This document shows, piece by piece, positions 9,521 to 17,234 of a DNA stretch of 32,000 nucleotides. The first letter of the stretch is position 1. Each line of letters opens with the position of its first letter. The position numbers were made by a program, and so were the translations under genes. The DNA lies in NCBI RefSeq assembly GCF_001735745.1, contig NZ_CP017260.1:1800001-1832000 (forward strand), written 5' to 3'. This DNA comes from Formosa sp. Hel1_33_131. GTDB lineage: Bacteria > Bacteroidota > Bacteroidia > Flavobacteriales > Flavobacteriaceae. The notes under the pieces were generated by a model. That model was not told where the DNA came from. It saw only the letters and a list, made by a program, of their open reading frames with translations, and ran no database searches.

Positions 9521-9886
9521 TTAGAATGGTAAATCGTCTGGTACTTCGCCTTCCTCTATTTGTGCATTTTGTGGCTCAGGTTCTGAACGCCCCCATACAA
9601 TGTGATTACCTAAAATTGGCATCGCCTTTTTATCTTCCTCATTCATTTTATCAAACAACTCTTTTGGCAAACTTTGCTTAACCAAATGTGTGTCTTTGCT
9701 GTCTTCAATCTTATTATCAAAACCGAAGCCTATTAAATCTAAATACACGCCTTTTTCACTTTTAAATAAATGGTTCGATTCAATAGGAATGATTAAGCAT
9801 TCTACTTCTGAACCATCTTTACGCTTCATTGTTTTTACAATGTTTTTTAATTGTCTTAAATTGATTTTTGTTGAAATGTTACCCAT
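9521..9886 (-). CDS. Putative ssDNA-binding/replisome-associated protein with an SSB-like acidic C-terminal tip
   Basis: The 121-aa protein ends 'EEGEVPDDLPF' (compare E. coli SSB 'DDDIPF'). It sits between the recombination and replication genes. Confidence 0.4.
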   Translation of the reverse strand: MGNISTKINLRQLKNIVKTMKRKDGSEVECLIIPIESNHLFKSEKGVYLDLIGFGFDNKIEDSKDTHLVKQSLPKELFDKMNEEDKKAMPILGNHIVWGRSEPEPQNAQIEEGEVPDDLPF

Positions 9887-9905
9887 GGATTTTATTTTTA
9901 AATTA

Positions 9906-10319
9906 TTAGTAATACTGTTCTACGTTGTCTATAATGTCTTGTTTATCGAAATTGAAGTATTGTACTATGACATCAATTACTTTTGAATAGAGGTCGCTAA
10001 AATCATCTTCTGTCATACTTGCAAAACTGATGCTCTTGGCTTCTCTTTGAATTACACCTTGAAAGTCTACCCACTCATCATAAAATCCAGCCTCAATAAT
10101 TAGATCCTTACGCATACGGTCTGAATTACTGTATCGCTCCTGGTTATCAAAAAGCATATTGATTAGTGAAAAGAACTTTCTATGAAATTTTAAGTTTCTA
10201 GGTTGCTTTACCTCACATTGGTATTCTTCGCCAACTTTAAGTTTCTTGATTTTGTCATAATCAGAATTGTAGGCAACCTTTAATGTGTTATTAAGCTGTT
10301 TTACAAGGAATAGTTTCAT
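9906..10319 (-). CDS. Hypothetical phage protein (137 aa; weak DUF1367-like pattern)
   Basis: 'PRNLKFHRKFFSLINMLF' is reminiscent of DUF1367 phage proteins. ATGA overlap with the upstream gene. Confidence 0.4.
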   Translation of the reverse strand: MKLFLVKQLNNTLKVAYNSDYDKIKKLKVGEEYQCEVKQPRNLKFHRKFFSLINMLFDNQERYSNSDRMRKDLIIEAGFYDEWVDFQGVIQREAKSISFASMTEDDFSDLYSKVIDVIVQYFNFDKQDIIDNVEQYY

Positions 10320-11608
10320 ACTAAATAGGCGTTTTTCTTTTTTAGCATGACAACAAACTCAGAGATGACTGCATCTTGAAACCTTCGTGTTTCATCTCCA
10401 ACTTCATACTGCAGATGAACGTATTCCTCAATAATTGTTTCTATAACAGATTGAGTGCCTTTTGAAACACATAATTCAGATAGAATAATTTTCTTTTCCT
10501 CTAAATTTGCTAATCCTAAAACCTCTTTATTTTCAAATACAGCATAGCTAATTGGATAAGATATTGGTTCATCATAGTTACATTCTTTAAAAAAGTCTTT
10601 AGCCTTATTTAAAGTGCTAATTTGAAGTTCATTCATTGGAATTTCACGATACAACTCATTTTGATAAATCTTGAATTTAGATGCTAGATTATCATTGCTA
10701 ACTTTAGTTTTAGCTTGATTAAAGACTAAACTTGGAAGCACAGTAGTATTTCCTACTTCATCAATATTTAAAAGCCCACTTAGTCCCTTAGGGGCTATTT
10801 TTATCTCATTCAAGATTTCTATGTATTCATCTGACATTAGTTCAGAGTTCAATACAGCAAAGTCTGATGATATGCACTCTATATATTCGGAATCAGAACA
10901 ATTAAAGAGTATATTTTTAATGATTTCCTTATCTGTACATTGATAAATGACATTCCATATTTTTGATGGAACTTCCCAACCATATTTCACCAGTCTATTT
11001 TCATCAATATCAATATTGACTAGATCATAATCATAGACAGAATTTTTATTGGAATTAAAGCATTTGATGCCTCTTCTAAATAAGTTGAATCCTTCTGTAG
11101 CTTTCTCTAAAATCTTTCCATGCTTACATTCAAATAGAACTTTTCTGTTTTCGGAAAAATATTTGTCAAAGTCTCCAACAAATGATGCTATCTCCTTTCT
11201 GTTTCTGATATAAAAATGAGTTTCATCTTCAACTGGACCTATATCACTTACATATTCTAAAGATGGATGTCCTTCATCTATTGCATTACAGTATAACTCT
11301 CTTATTGCTTGCCAAAGCTTCCAATCCTTACCAAATTCAGTAGTAATGCTTGTTTTAGTGCTATTAATTGTAATTACCTCAAAATCATTATCTCTAAATT
11401 GTGCTTTTTCTGTACCAATTTCAATTTTTTCATTCCCTGCATAGATTGAAACCTCGAAACCATTTCTTAATAAAAATGCTAGAGCGTATTTATTTCCACT
11501 ACCAAACATTCCTATTTTACCGTTTAATCCTCTTTTAGTAGAAGCACCTAAAAGTGTAAGTGCTTCTACATTGATTATTCCTTTGTTAGAAATTCTTAAA
11601 TATTTCAT
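10316..11608 (-). CDS. Hypothetical phage protein (430 aa)
   Basis: Long ORF in the operon; contains 'IGMFGSGNKYALAF' and 'ELYCNAIDEG' (see rejected notes). Confidence 0.5.
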   Translation of the reverse strand: MKYLRISNKGIINVEALTLLGASTKRGLNGKIGMFGSGNKYALAFLLRNGFEVSIYAGNEKIEIGTEKAQFRDNDFEVITINSTKTSITTEFGKDWKLWQAIRELYCNAIDEGHPSLEYVSDIGPVEDETHFYIRNRKEIASFVGDFDKYFSENRKVLFECKHGKILEKATEGFNLFRRGIKCFNSNKNSVYDYDLVNIDIDENRLVKYGWEVPSKIWNVIYQCTDKEIIKNILFNCSDSEYIECISSDFAVLNSELMSDEYIEILNEIKIAPKGLSGLLNIDEVGNTTVLPSLVFNQAKTKVSNDNLASKFKIYQNELYREIPMNELQISTLNKAKDFFKECNYDEPISYPISYAVFENKEVLGLANLEEKKIILSELCVSKGTQSVIETIIEEYVHLQYEVGDETRRFQDAVISEFVVMLKKKNAYLV

Positions 11609-12051
11609 TACCTTTTTTCTTTTAGAATTACTGATGATTTTCTATATGTGATTTCAGGCAATTCAATTTCTTCGCCATCTTCTGTAGCCGTTAGTAATCC
11701 TTTTTCTTTTGATATAAAAGCTTGTTTAGATTTTTCTTCAATAGCTTTTTTTGATGCTTCGGCTTCTTGCCATTCTTTAATGTGGTTGTATTTAAAGGTT
11801 CTGCCACCATTTCTAACTTCAATCATAAAGCCCTTGTAACCATCTTTATAATCAGAAGCTTCATTAGAGATATTTTCTAGATGTTCATCTTTGAAGGACT
11901 TAACAATAGCTAATGAGTTTTCTAAATTTTTACGTTCCTTTTCTAGATAGATAAGCGCATCTAGTGTAGTTATTTCGCCTTCTTTTGCACGATGAATTGC
12001 ATTCATCATTTCATCCTGCATTTTTATATGTAATTCTGACATTGCTCCCAT
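11608..12051 (-). CDS. Hypothetical phage protein (147 aa, charged, probably coiled-coil)
   Basis: ORF in the operon; K/E-rich. Confidence 0.45.
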   Translation of the reverse strand: MGAMSELHIKMQDEMMNAIHRAKEGEITTLDALIYLEKERKNLENSLAIVKSFKDEHLENISNEASDYKDGYKGFMIEVRNGGRTFKYNHIKEWQEAEASKKAIEEKSKQAFISKEKGLLTATEDGEEIELPEITYRKSSVILKEKR

Positions 12052-12053
12052 GA

Positions 12054-12827
12054 TTATGCGTTTTGAAAGTTTAATAATTCATTAATTTTTGTTTCAACAG
12101 ATTTGCTTACTGCATAGTGTTTTCTAACATCTTGTATGCTGGATATTTTGCCTTTATTAATGGCATCAGTAACATTCAGCCACTCTTTAGTAAAGTTTTT
12201 TGCCTTATCTGTAATATTTAACCAAGACTTATCAGTTTGTGTAGAACCTTGAGTACTTGTACTTGAATTATTACTAGTAGAAGTTGAAGATGGTGTTTGG
12301 GTTTTACTTGAAGAATCAAATCTTAATCTTCCATTTTCATCCTTTGCAGTAAGTTTTATTACTTTTCCATTTTTAAATTCCGAATACCAAATCCAATCTT
12401 TAAGTTTTAAATTCCAAGTTTGTTTTGCTTTATTGCCTTCAAGTTTAAACTCATTAGAGTTTAATTTTAATTGTATTAAAGGATAGTCATAAAGCTCACG
12501 ACCAATTCCCCAACGAAACCCTGCACGTTTAAATGCATCAGATGCACGCCCTTTGGTTTTTTCAGTCATGCTTTCGGTACCAACATCTTGTCTCCAAATC
12601 CATTCATCATCAATCTTAATTCCAATAGAACAGAATAATTGACCATCAATCAACTCATATTTGTCCTGCCAATTAGGTCCACAAACTTCATCAAGTCTGT
12701 TCATATCCACTCTAGCATCTTTATAGGCTAGGATTGTAGCATAACCGCCTTTATTTATAGATTGTACACGAAAGTCTACATCTTCTATTTTTAAAGGTTC
12801 TTTTAGCTTTTCTAATAAATCTTTCAT
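12054..12827 (-). CDS. Rad52/Sak-type single-strand annealing protein
   Basis: 'ILAYKDARVDMNRLDEVCGPNWQDKY' and 'KGRASDAFKRAGFRWGIGRELY' match conserved Rad52_Rad22 blocks. S/T-rich linker and C-terminal domain follow. Confidence 0.8.
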   Translation of the reverse strand: MKDLLEKLKEPLKIEDVDFRVQSINKGGYATILAYKDARVDMNRLDEVCGPNWQDKYELIDGQLFCSIGIKIDDEWIWRQDVGTESMTEKTKGRASDAFKRAGFRWGIGRELYDYPLIQLKLNSNEFKLEGNKAKQTWNLKLKDWIWYSEFKNGKVIKLTAKDENGRLRFDSSSKTQTPSSTSTSNNSSTSTQGSTQTDKSWLNITDKAKNFTKEWLNVTDAINKGKISSIQDVRKHYAVSKSVETKINELLNFQNA

Positions 12828-12867
12828 AATTTTACATTGTTATAATTAAACTTCGGTTTAGATAATT

Positions 12868-12887
12868 GCCACTATTAGCGTAGTGGC
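12868..12887. terminator. Stem-loop between the small ORF and the annealase gene (orientation ambiguous)
   Basis: GCCACTA-ttagcg-TAGTGGC. The T-run lies on the plus-strand side and an A-run on the other, so it may block antisense read-through or act as an RNA stability element. Confidence 0.3.
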
Positions 12888-12890
12888 TTT

Positions 12891-13040
12891 TTATTTTTCT
12901 TGATAATCTTTTTTGAATTGTTTGTTTTCTTGTTTGTAACATTGAAGTCTCAACCATAAATAGCACACCAAGCCTGTTAGCGCAGATATTATCAAAGTCA
13001 CTTCTTCATTGTTATCCATAAATTCAAATAAAGCATTCAT
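12891..13040 (-). CDS. Small predicted membrane protein (49 aa), below the ORF-track cutoff
   Basis: Hand translation gives 'MNALFEFMDNNEEVTLIISALTGLVCYLWLRLQCYKQENKQFKKDYQEK'. ATGA overlap with the stop of 13037..13222; one hydrophobic helix. Confidence 0.4.
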   Translation of the reverse strand: MNALFEFMDNNEEVTLIISALTGLVCYLWLRLQCYKQENKQFKKDYQEK

Positions 13041-13222
13041 CGTTTTTTCTTTTTTAGTTTTTTTAATAGGTATTCTGTAGCTTCAGCATCCGTGATTAAT
13101 GGCTTTTTAGTTGGTGTTTCAACTTCCTCTTTAGGAACATTAACACCAAGCATTTTAAATAGCCTTGGCATTTCCTTTTTAGGTAAAGCCTGTATCACAT
13201 GATATGCTGTTTCAGCAGTCAT
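13037..13222 (-). CDS. Hypothetical phage protein (61 aa)
   Basis: ORF coupled to its neighbours by overlapping start/stop codons. Confidence 0.4.
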   Translation of the reverse strand: MTAETAYHVIQALPKKEMPRLFKMLGVNVPKEEVETPTKKPLITDAEATEYLLKKLKKKKR

Positions 13223-13509
13223 TATCCTACTTTAGATATTTTGGTGTTATAAACTTTGATTGTGCTTTTAAGTCCTTCATAGGTGCTTATTAGATCATCG
13301 CATTTTGATACGGAATGGCGAACCAACTCAACAACTGTGTCTACACTTTTTTCGCTTTTTATTGTAACACCAGCAAGTAAATCTCTAATTGTAGATTCTG
13401 ATGCCATGCCATCTTTTACTGAAATAATTGAATAATCTCTTTTTTCAAGAACATCATTCATTGCATCTCTTAAATCTTTAGGTATCGGTTCTGATATTTT
13501 AAAATTCAT
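13222..13509 (-). CDS. Hypothetical phage protein (95 aa)
   Basis: The ORF-track start at 13512 is a GTG; the adjacent ATG at 13509 is preferred. Confidence 0.45.
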   Translation of the reverse strand: MNFKISEPIPKDLRDAMNDVLEKRDYSIISVKDGMASESTIRDLLAGVTIKSEKSVDTVVELVRHSVSKCDDLISTYEGLKSTIKVYNTKISKVG

Positions 13510-13521
13510 CACTTATTGATT

Positions 13522-13797
13522 TTAGTTATTATTGAACTCGTTTATTAATGCTTCTAATCCCTTACTTTCAAATGATTTTCCAGTTAATAGGGTGTATAAA
13601 TATTGTGCTACAGATTGATGAGCATGAGCCCTTGTAGTGTTATCTGTTCTTTCAGCTTCGTTAAACCATTTATGCATTAGGTTTATTAAATCTTCGGCTG
13701 AATTGGCTTTTTCGTAATCGCTCTTTAACCAAATACCTATTAATGGCATTGCAGCGAAATAGATTGTTAAATCGGGTTTCATAAAAATTAATTTCAT
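13522..13797 (-). CDS. Hypothetical phage protein (91 aa)
   Basis: ORF in the operon with an ATG start. Confidence 0.4.
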   Translation of the reverse strand: MKLIFMKPDLTIYFAAMPLIGIWLKSDYEKANSAEDLINLMHKWFNEAERTDNTTRAHAHQSVAQYLYTLLTGKSFESKGLEALINEFNNN

Positions 13798-13860
13798 ACT
13801 TTTGTTTTTTAATTCAATTCATTGTTTTTCGTAGAATAGTGGGTTGTTTTGATTTACACC

Positions 13861-13883
13861 GCCCTCTTTTGAGGGCTTTTTTT
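13861..13883. terminator. GC-rich stem-loop directly after the first early gene
   Basis: GCCCTC-tttt-GAGGGC followed by T7 on the plus strand (A7 precedes it on the minus strand). It overlaps the stop codon of 13882..14247. Confidence 0.35.
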
Positions 13884-14247
13884 AATCCAAACTTCCACAA
13901 CCCCTAACAGCATTTGCAAAGGCTATTAATTCAGCTTCCTTTTTTACTTTAGGAGTTAATCTTAACCATGCATAGTCAAGTTCAACCTCATAGACTACAT
14001 CTCTGTTTTCTACTTTAGTTTTTAAAGTTTCTAAATCAATTCTTTGTGAAGAATGCCCCCAATCATCAGTTAAATAGGCGTAGTTTCTGTAAACAGCTCC
14101 ATTCCCTTTGTAGTTTCTAGCATGTATTTGCTCTAATTGTTCAAAGGTGTAATCCTGTACATCAGTTTGAACTGTTTTGAAAGATGAGTTGGTTTCTGTT
14201 ACTCTTAATAACTCAGTCCACTTAAATTTTACTTTGATTGTGTGCAT
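13882..14247 (-). CDS. First gene of the early leftward operon, unknown function (121 aa)
   Basis: The ORF-track start at 14301 is a TTG inside the A-rich intergenic region; the ATG at 14247 ('MHTIKVKF') is preferred. No HTH is recognisable. Confidence 0.45.
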   Translation of the reverse strand: MHTIKVKFKWTELLRVTETNSSFKTVQTDVQDYTFEQLEQIHARNYKGNGAVYRNYAYLTDDWGHSSQRIDLETLKTKVENRDVVYEVELDYAWLRLTPKVKKEAELIAFANAVRGCGSLD

Positions 14248-14373
14248 AATTTCGTAGATTTGTGTAATTGTTTTGATTTTACAATACAAAAATACATACA
14301 AAGTTTGTTTTTACAAAATAAAAACACACAAAAAACACACGTATTGATTAATTAAAACAATATTCAACTGATT
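14248..14373. promoter_or_regulatory. Divergent immunity/early promoter region
   Basis: A 126-nt A/C-rich spacer between the divergent early operon and the repressor gene. The minus strand carries a -7 box TATTTTTG (plus coordinates 14287-14294). ACA-rich repeats include ACAAAAAACACAC at 14328-14340. Confidence 0.5.
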
Positions 14374-15048
14374 ATGAAAGCTTTAGAGATTAGAAATATT
14401 AGAAAAGAGTTAGGTAAAACACAAGCTGAGTTTGCTAAATTATTAGGAGTTTCTAAAAACTCTGTTCAATTATGGGAGACAGAAAAGAGAAATCCAAGCC
14501 CTAGTATGGTTTTTTTAATAAAAGAAACATACAAAAAACACACAGAAAATTTAAAAGAAAACGAATTTGAAAATAAAAATGGAAATAAATTCACTGAACT
14601 TCCAGATGGATCTTTAATGATTCAAGTGCCATTAGTTCCATTTAATGCTTATGCATCTTTTCTAGAAGTCTATGAAGATGAATATAAAGTAAAAAGCAAA
14701 TTTGAAACAACATACTTTACAGTAGATAAAATTGGTAAAGGCAATTATATAGCGTTTACTGTAAAGAATGATAGTATGAATGGTGGAATGTTAGATGATA
14801 CTCCTTCAGGTGCACAAGTTTTAGCTAGAGAACTTGGAAAGCAACATTGGAGAGATGGCTTTAATTCAACTCAATATGGTTGGATTATAATTTGTGAAAC
14901 TGGAATCTTTCATAAAGACATTAAAGGTCCAGATGAAAAAGGGGATATAACTTGTGTTTCAAGAAACAAATCTCCAGAGTTTCCAGAATTCCCTATAAGT
15001 TTAAATGAGGTGCATTCGATTTACAAAGTAATTAAAAGAACATTTTAA
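14374..15048 (+). CDS. cI/LexA-like phage repressor (XRE HTH + S24 peptidase-like C-terminal domain)
   Basis: HTH 'LGKTQAEFAKLLGVSKNSVQLWETEKRNPS'. The C-terminal 'FTVKNDSMNGG' resembles the GDSM serine motif of S24 autopeptidases. Confidence 0.75.
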   Translation: MKALEIRNIRKELGKTQAEFAKLLGVSKNSVQLWETEKRNPSPSMVFLIKETYKKHTENLKENEFENKNGNKFTELPDGSLMIQVPLVPFNAYASFLEVYEDEYKVKSKFETTYFTVDKIGKGNYIAFTVKNDSMNGGMLDDTPSGAQVLARELGKQHWRDGFNSTQYGWIIICETGIFHKDIKGPDEKGDITCVSRNKSPEFPEFPISLNEVHSIYKVIKRTF

Positions 15049-15057
15049 TCAAATAAT

Positions 15058-15591
15058 ATGAGAAGACTAATATTGACTTTTTCATTTATAGTGTTTTGTG
15101 TTGGTTCTATTTTTTCACAAGAATTAATAAAAGAAACTGATGAATTTACAGGAAGAAGTATTGAAAGAACAAAATGGGAGAAGCTTATCTCTAAAGGACT
15201 ACAGCCTACTATTTTAAAATATAGCATTTTAAAAGAAAAGGATTCTGTTTTTTTTATTGGTAGAATTAGAGTAAATGCAGGTAAGACAGTATTTGCAATA
15301 GGCAAGGGGTTTAGAGTAATTTTTAAACTTGATAATGGAGATACTGTAGTGGTAAAGTCAAATAAGCATGTTGTATCAAGGCAAGGTGGTGCAAATGATG
15401 GTGTTTTTGGTTCAAGTATTTATGGTGCAGAAGTGACCTATGTTTTTGATAGTAATGATGATATTGAAAAATTAATAACAAATAAAGTATCTAAAGTGAG
15501 AGTTTACACAGATGAAGGTTATTTTGAAAAAAAGGTTAAGAGTAAAGCTGCTGTTGGTCTTGTTAAGAATTTAAAGTTAATAGTTAAATAA
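15058..15591 (+). CDS. Secreted protein or lipoprotein of unknown function (prophage moron candidate)
   Basis: Signal peptide 'MRRLILTFSFIVFCVGSIFSQ'. Located between the repressor gene and attR. Confidence 0.55.
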   Translation: MRRLILTFSFIVFCVGSIFSQELIKETDEFTGRSIERTKWEKLISKGLQPTILKYSILKEKDSVFFIGRIRVNAGKTVFAIGKGFRVIFKLDNGDTVVVKSNKHVVSRQGGANDGVFGSSIYGAEVTYVFDSNDDIEKLITNKVSKVRVYTDEGYFEKKVKSKAAVGLVKNLKLIVK

Positions 15592-15699
15592 TAATTAGTA
15601 CAGAAATCGGTACACGATTTTTGATTTGATGGGCTTTTTTAAAAGCGGTAATGGTTGATTTTACTGGTTTTTTGATTTTTGAAATAGCGATATTTTAAA

Positions 15700-15741
15700 C
15701 TCATAACCCGAAGGTCACTGGTTCGAGTCCAGTTCCCGCTA
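15700..15741 (+). other. attR: displaced 3' half of an initiator-type tRNA-Met(CAU) gene (fragment, not a functional tRNA)
   Basis: CTCATAA (anticodon loop), CCCGA, AGGTC, ACTGG-TTCGAGT-CCAGT (T arm), TCCCGCT-A. 'CTCATAACCCGAAGGTC' is identical to the E. coli tRNA-fMet anticodon arm as I recall it. The upstream sequence cannot form the anticodon stem, D arm or acceptor 5' strand. Confidence 0.75.
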
Positions 15742-15750
15742 CTAAATAGA

Positions 15751-15781
15751 AAGTCAAAGCTTAATTGTTTTGACTTTTTTT
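15751..15781 (+). terminator. Rho-independent terminator after the tRNA fragment (module Z)
   Basis: AAGTCAAA-gcttaattgt-TTTGACTT followed by a T-run. Confidence 0.6.
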
Positions 15782-15837
15782 GTTAAAAACACTAAGGTTT
15801 TAAAGGACGAGAAGTTTACACTGAGCGGAGTCGAAAT

Positions 15838-15904
15838 GAGTCCAGTTCCCGCTACTAAAACAATAAAACGGTTATACTTTTATAAAGTGTAGCCGTTTTT
15901 TTAT
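15838..15904 (+). repeat. att-like junction J2: second copy of the tRNA 3' end (22 bp) + core CTACTA + module X (terminator)
   Basis: GAGTCCAGTTCCCGCTACTAAA at 15838-15859 equals 15725-15746. The 53 bp at 15852-15904 is identical to 16341-16393 and contains the hairpin ACGGTTATAC/GTGTAGCCGT followed by T7. Confidence 0.8.
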
Positions 15905-15912
15905 ATTTGAGC

Positions 15913-16182
15913 ATGTCAAAAAGAATTTTTTATCCTCTTTTTTTGTTATTAATTCCTTTAATTGGAATGACTATCACTGATGAAATTAACTGGAGTCCAT
16001 TTGATTTCATTATTATGGGTTCTCTACTAATTCTCCTTAGTATTGGAATTAATTTTGCGAGTAATCGTGCAAAGAATTTAAAAAATCGAGTCCTATACAT
16101 TGGAATATTGGTTATAATATTTATGTTAATATGGGCAGAGTTGGCAGTAGGTCTTTTTGGAACTCCTTTTGCAGGTAGTTAA
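15913..16182 (+). CDS. Small integral membrane protein (89 aa, ~3 TM)
   Basis: Hydrophobic segments 'IFYPLFLLLIPLIG', 'FIIMGSLLILLSIGINF' and 'LYIGILVIIFMLIWAELAV'. The ORF-track start at 15907 is a TTG; the ATG at 15913 is preferred. Confidence 0.5.
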   Translation: MSKRIFYPLFLLLIPLIGMTITDEINWSPFDFIIMGSLLILLSIGINFASNRAKNLKNRVLYIGILVIIFMLIWAELAVGLFGTPFAGS

Positions 16183-16314
16183 GTAAACAATCGCTTCAGT
16201 TTTGCTCCAGCTTTGAATAATAGGGTGAGGGGAAATAAAAATCATATTAGTTCAACTTTTCATAATAAGAGTCATTATGTGATGAGTGTTGATTAAGTCT
16301 TTTGGAGTTAGACT

Positions 16315-16393
16315 AATGTTCGATATTTCAATAGAGTTATCTACTAAAACAATAAAACGGTTATACTTTTATAAAGTGTAGCCGTTTTTTTAT
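16315..16393 (+). repeat. att-like junction J3: module B + core CTACTA + module X
   Basis: AATGTTCGATATTTCAATAGAGTTAT-CTACTA; B recurs at 17235-17260 with 3 mismatches. The right side is the exact 53-bp copy of 15852-15904. Confidence 0.8.
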
Positions 16394-16486
16394 CAAAACA
16401 TATTTTTTGTAAATAAAACTTTACATTTTAATTTATTTTGACTACTTTTGTCAAATAAACTTTACATAAATTTAAATAAAACTAAT

Positions 16487-16600
16487 ATGGAAGCTTTGGG
16501 AATTATGGGATTTATCTTTGGATTAGCAGCGTTAGCTCAAGTACTTAAATTAAAAAAAATTGTAGAAACCTTAAAAGATGAGGTTAATGAATTAAAATAA
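16487..16600 (+). CDS. Small TM peptide (37 aa), below the ORF-track cutoff
   Basis: Hand translation gives 'MEALGIMGFIFGLAALAQVLKLKKIVETLKDEVNELK'. Its stop is 1 nt before the ATG of the next gene. Confidence 0.4.
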   Translation: MEALGIMGFIFGLAALAQVLKLKKIVETLKDEVNELK

Positions 16601-16601
16601 T

Positions 16602-16997
16602 ATGATGAAAGAAGAAAGAAAAAAAAGAACGATTCGATTAGCAATTTGGACCTGGACTTGGGTCGCCACATTGGCCGTTGCTACATTTGGACCAAAATTC
16701 ATTTGGGAAAACAGTACACTATGGACAACTTTGGCAATATGCATTAATCTTCTTAATGGAGTTTTAATGATTTTGGCAAACAGATCATTATTTAACCATT
16801 ATGATGAACTTGAACGCAAAATTCACCTTGAATCAATGGGTTTAACTCTTGGCGCAACAGTTGTAGTAGGCTTGAGTTATTCACTTTTGGATCAAACCAA
16901 CCTAATCACATCAAATGCTGAGATCAGTTACCTTATCATGTTCATGTCTGTTACCTACTTCATAACCTTGTTGATTAATAGAAAAAGATATCTATGA
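16602..16997 (+). CDS. Membrane protein (131 aa, ~4 TM) partnered with a small XRE regulator
   Basis: Four hydrophobic helices. ATGA overlap with the downstream HTH gene. Confidence 0.55.
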   Translation: MMKEERKKRTIRLAIWTWTWVATLAVATFGPKFIWENSTLWTTLAICINLLNGVLMILANRSLFNHYDELERKIHLESMGLTLGATVVVGLSYSLLDQTNLITSNAEISYLIMFMSVTYFITLLINRKRYL

Positions 16998-17194
16998 AGA
17001 ATATAGTTCGTGACCTCAGAAAACAAAGAGAACTTACGCAGGAGCAGTTGGGAGAAATAATAGGCGTTTCAAGACAAACAATAAATGCTATTGAGAAAGA
17101 GAAATTTGACCCAAGTTTACCTACTGCATTCAAAATGTCAAAATTGTTTGAAATACCTATTGAGGAATTCTTCTTTTTTGAGAGGTCTAAATAA
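16994..17194 (+). CDS. Small XRE-family HTH transcriptional regulator (66 aa)
   Basis: 'LTQEQLGEIIGVSRQTINAIEKEKFDPSLPTAFKMSKLF' is a canonical HTH_3 pattern. Confidence 0.8.
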   Translation: MKNIVRDLRKQRELTQEQLGEIIGVSRQTINAIEKEKFDPSLPTAFKMSKLFEIPIEEFFFFERSK

Positions 17195-17234
17195 TTAATT
17201 TATATAGGTCAAAAAAATTTCTTGGGATAAAACG

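Larger units (their letters stand above)
1..15745. mobile_element. Right-hand part of an integrated temperate phage (immunity, recombination and replication modules); the left end lies outside the window
   Basis: A cI/LexA-like repressor is divergent from a ~14 kb co-directional minus-strand operon with ATGA-type start/stop overlaps. The operon encodes a Rad52-like annealase, SSB-like protein, SNF2 helicase, primase-helicase and DNA methyltransferases. The block ends at a displaced tRNA 3' half (attR). Confidence 0.75.

Noticed and set aside
10316-11608. Possible GHKL-type ATPase: 'ELYCNAIDEG' resembles the N-box (ExxxNAxD) and 'IGMFGSGNKYALAF' resembles the Hsp90/MORC G2 box
   Set aside because: The two motifs occur in the reverse of the canonical order, and no DxGxG (G1) box follows the N-box-like motif. 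I cannot support an ATPase call without a profile or structure search, so the gene is left as hypothetical.
15045-15305. Minus-strand ORF (86 aa) overlapping the start of 15058..15591
   Set aside because: The plus-strand ORF is longer, has a clean signal peptide and follows the repressor gene in an operon-like arrangement. The minus ORF looks like a shadow frame.
15625-15741. A complete tRNA gene ending at 15741
   Set aside because: Only the segment from the anticodon loop to the 3' end is tRNA-like. The upstream sequence cannot pair with the anticodon-stem 3' strand (CCCGA) or the acceptor 3' strand (TCCCGCT), and it has no D-arm. This matches a displaced att fragment rather than a gene.
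15816-15859. A mini tRNA-like fold at J2 (AGCGG...CCGCT pairing around the second tRNA 3'-end copy)
   Set aside because: Only 5 bp of acceptor-like pairing is present, with no T-arm complementarity. It is better explained as an att remnant.
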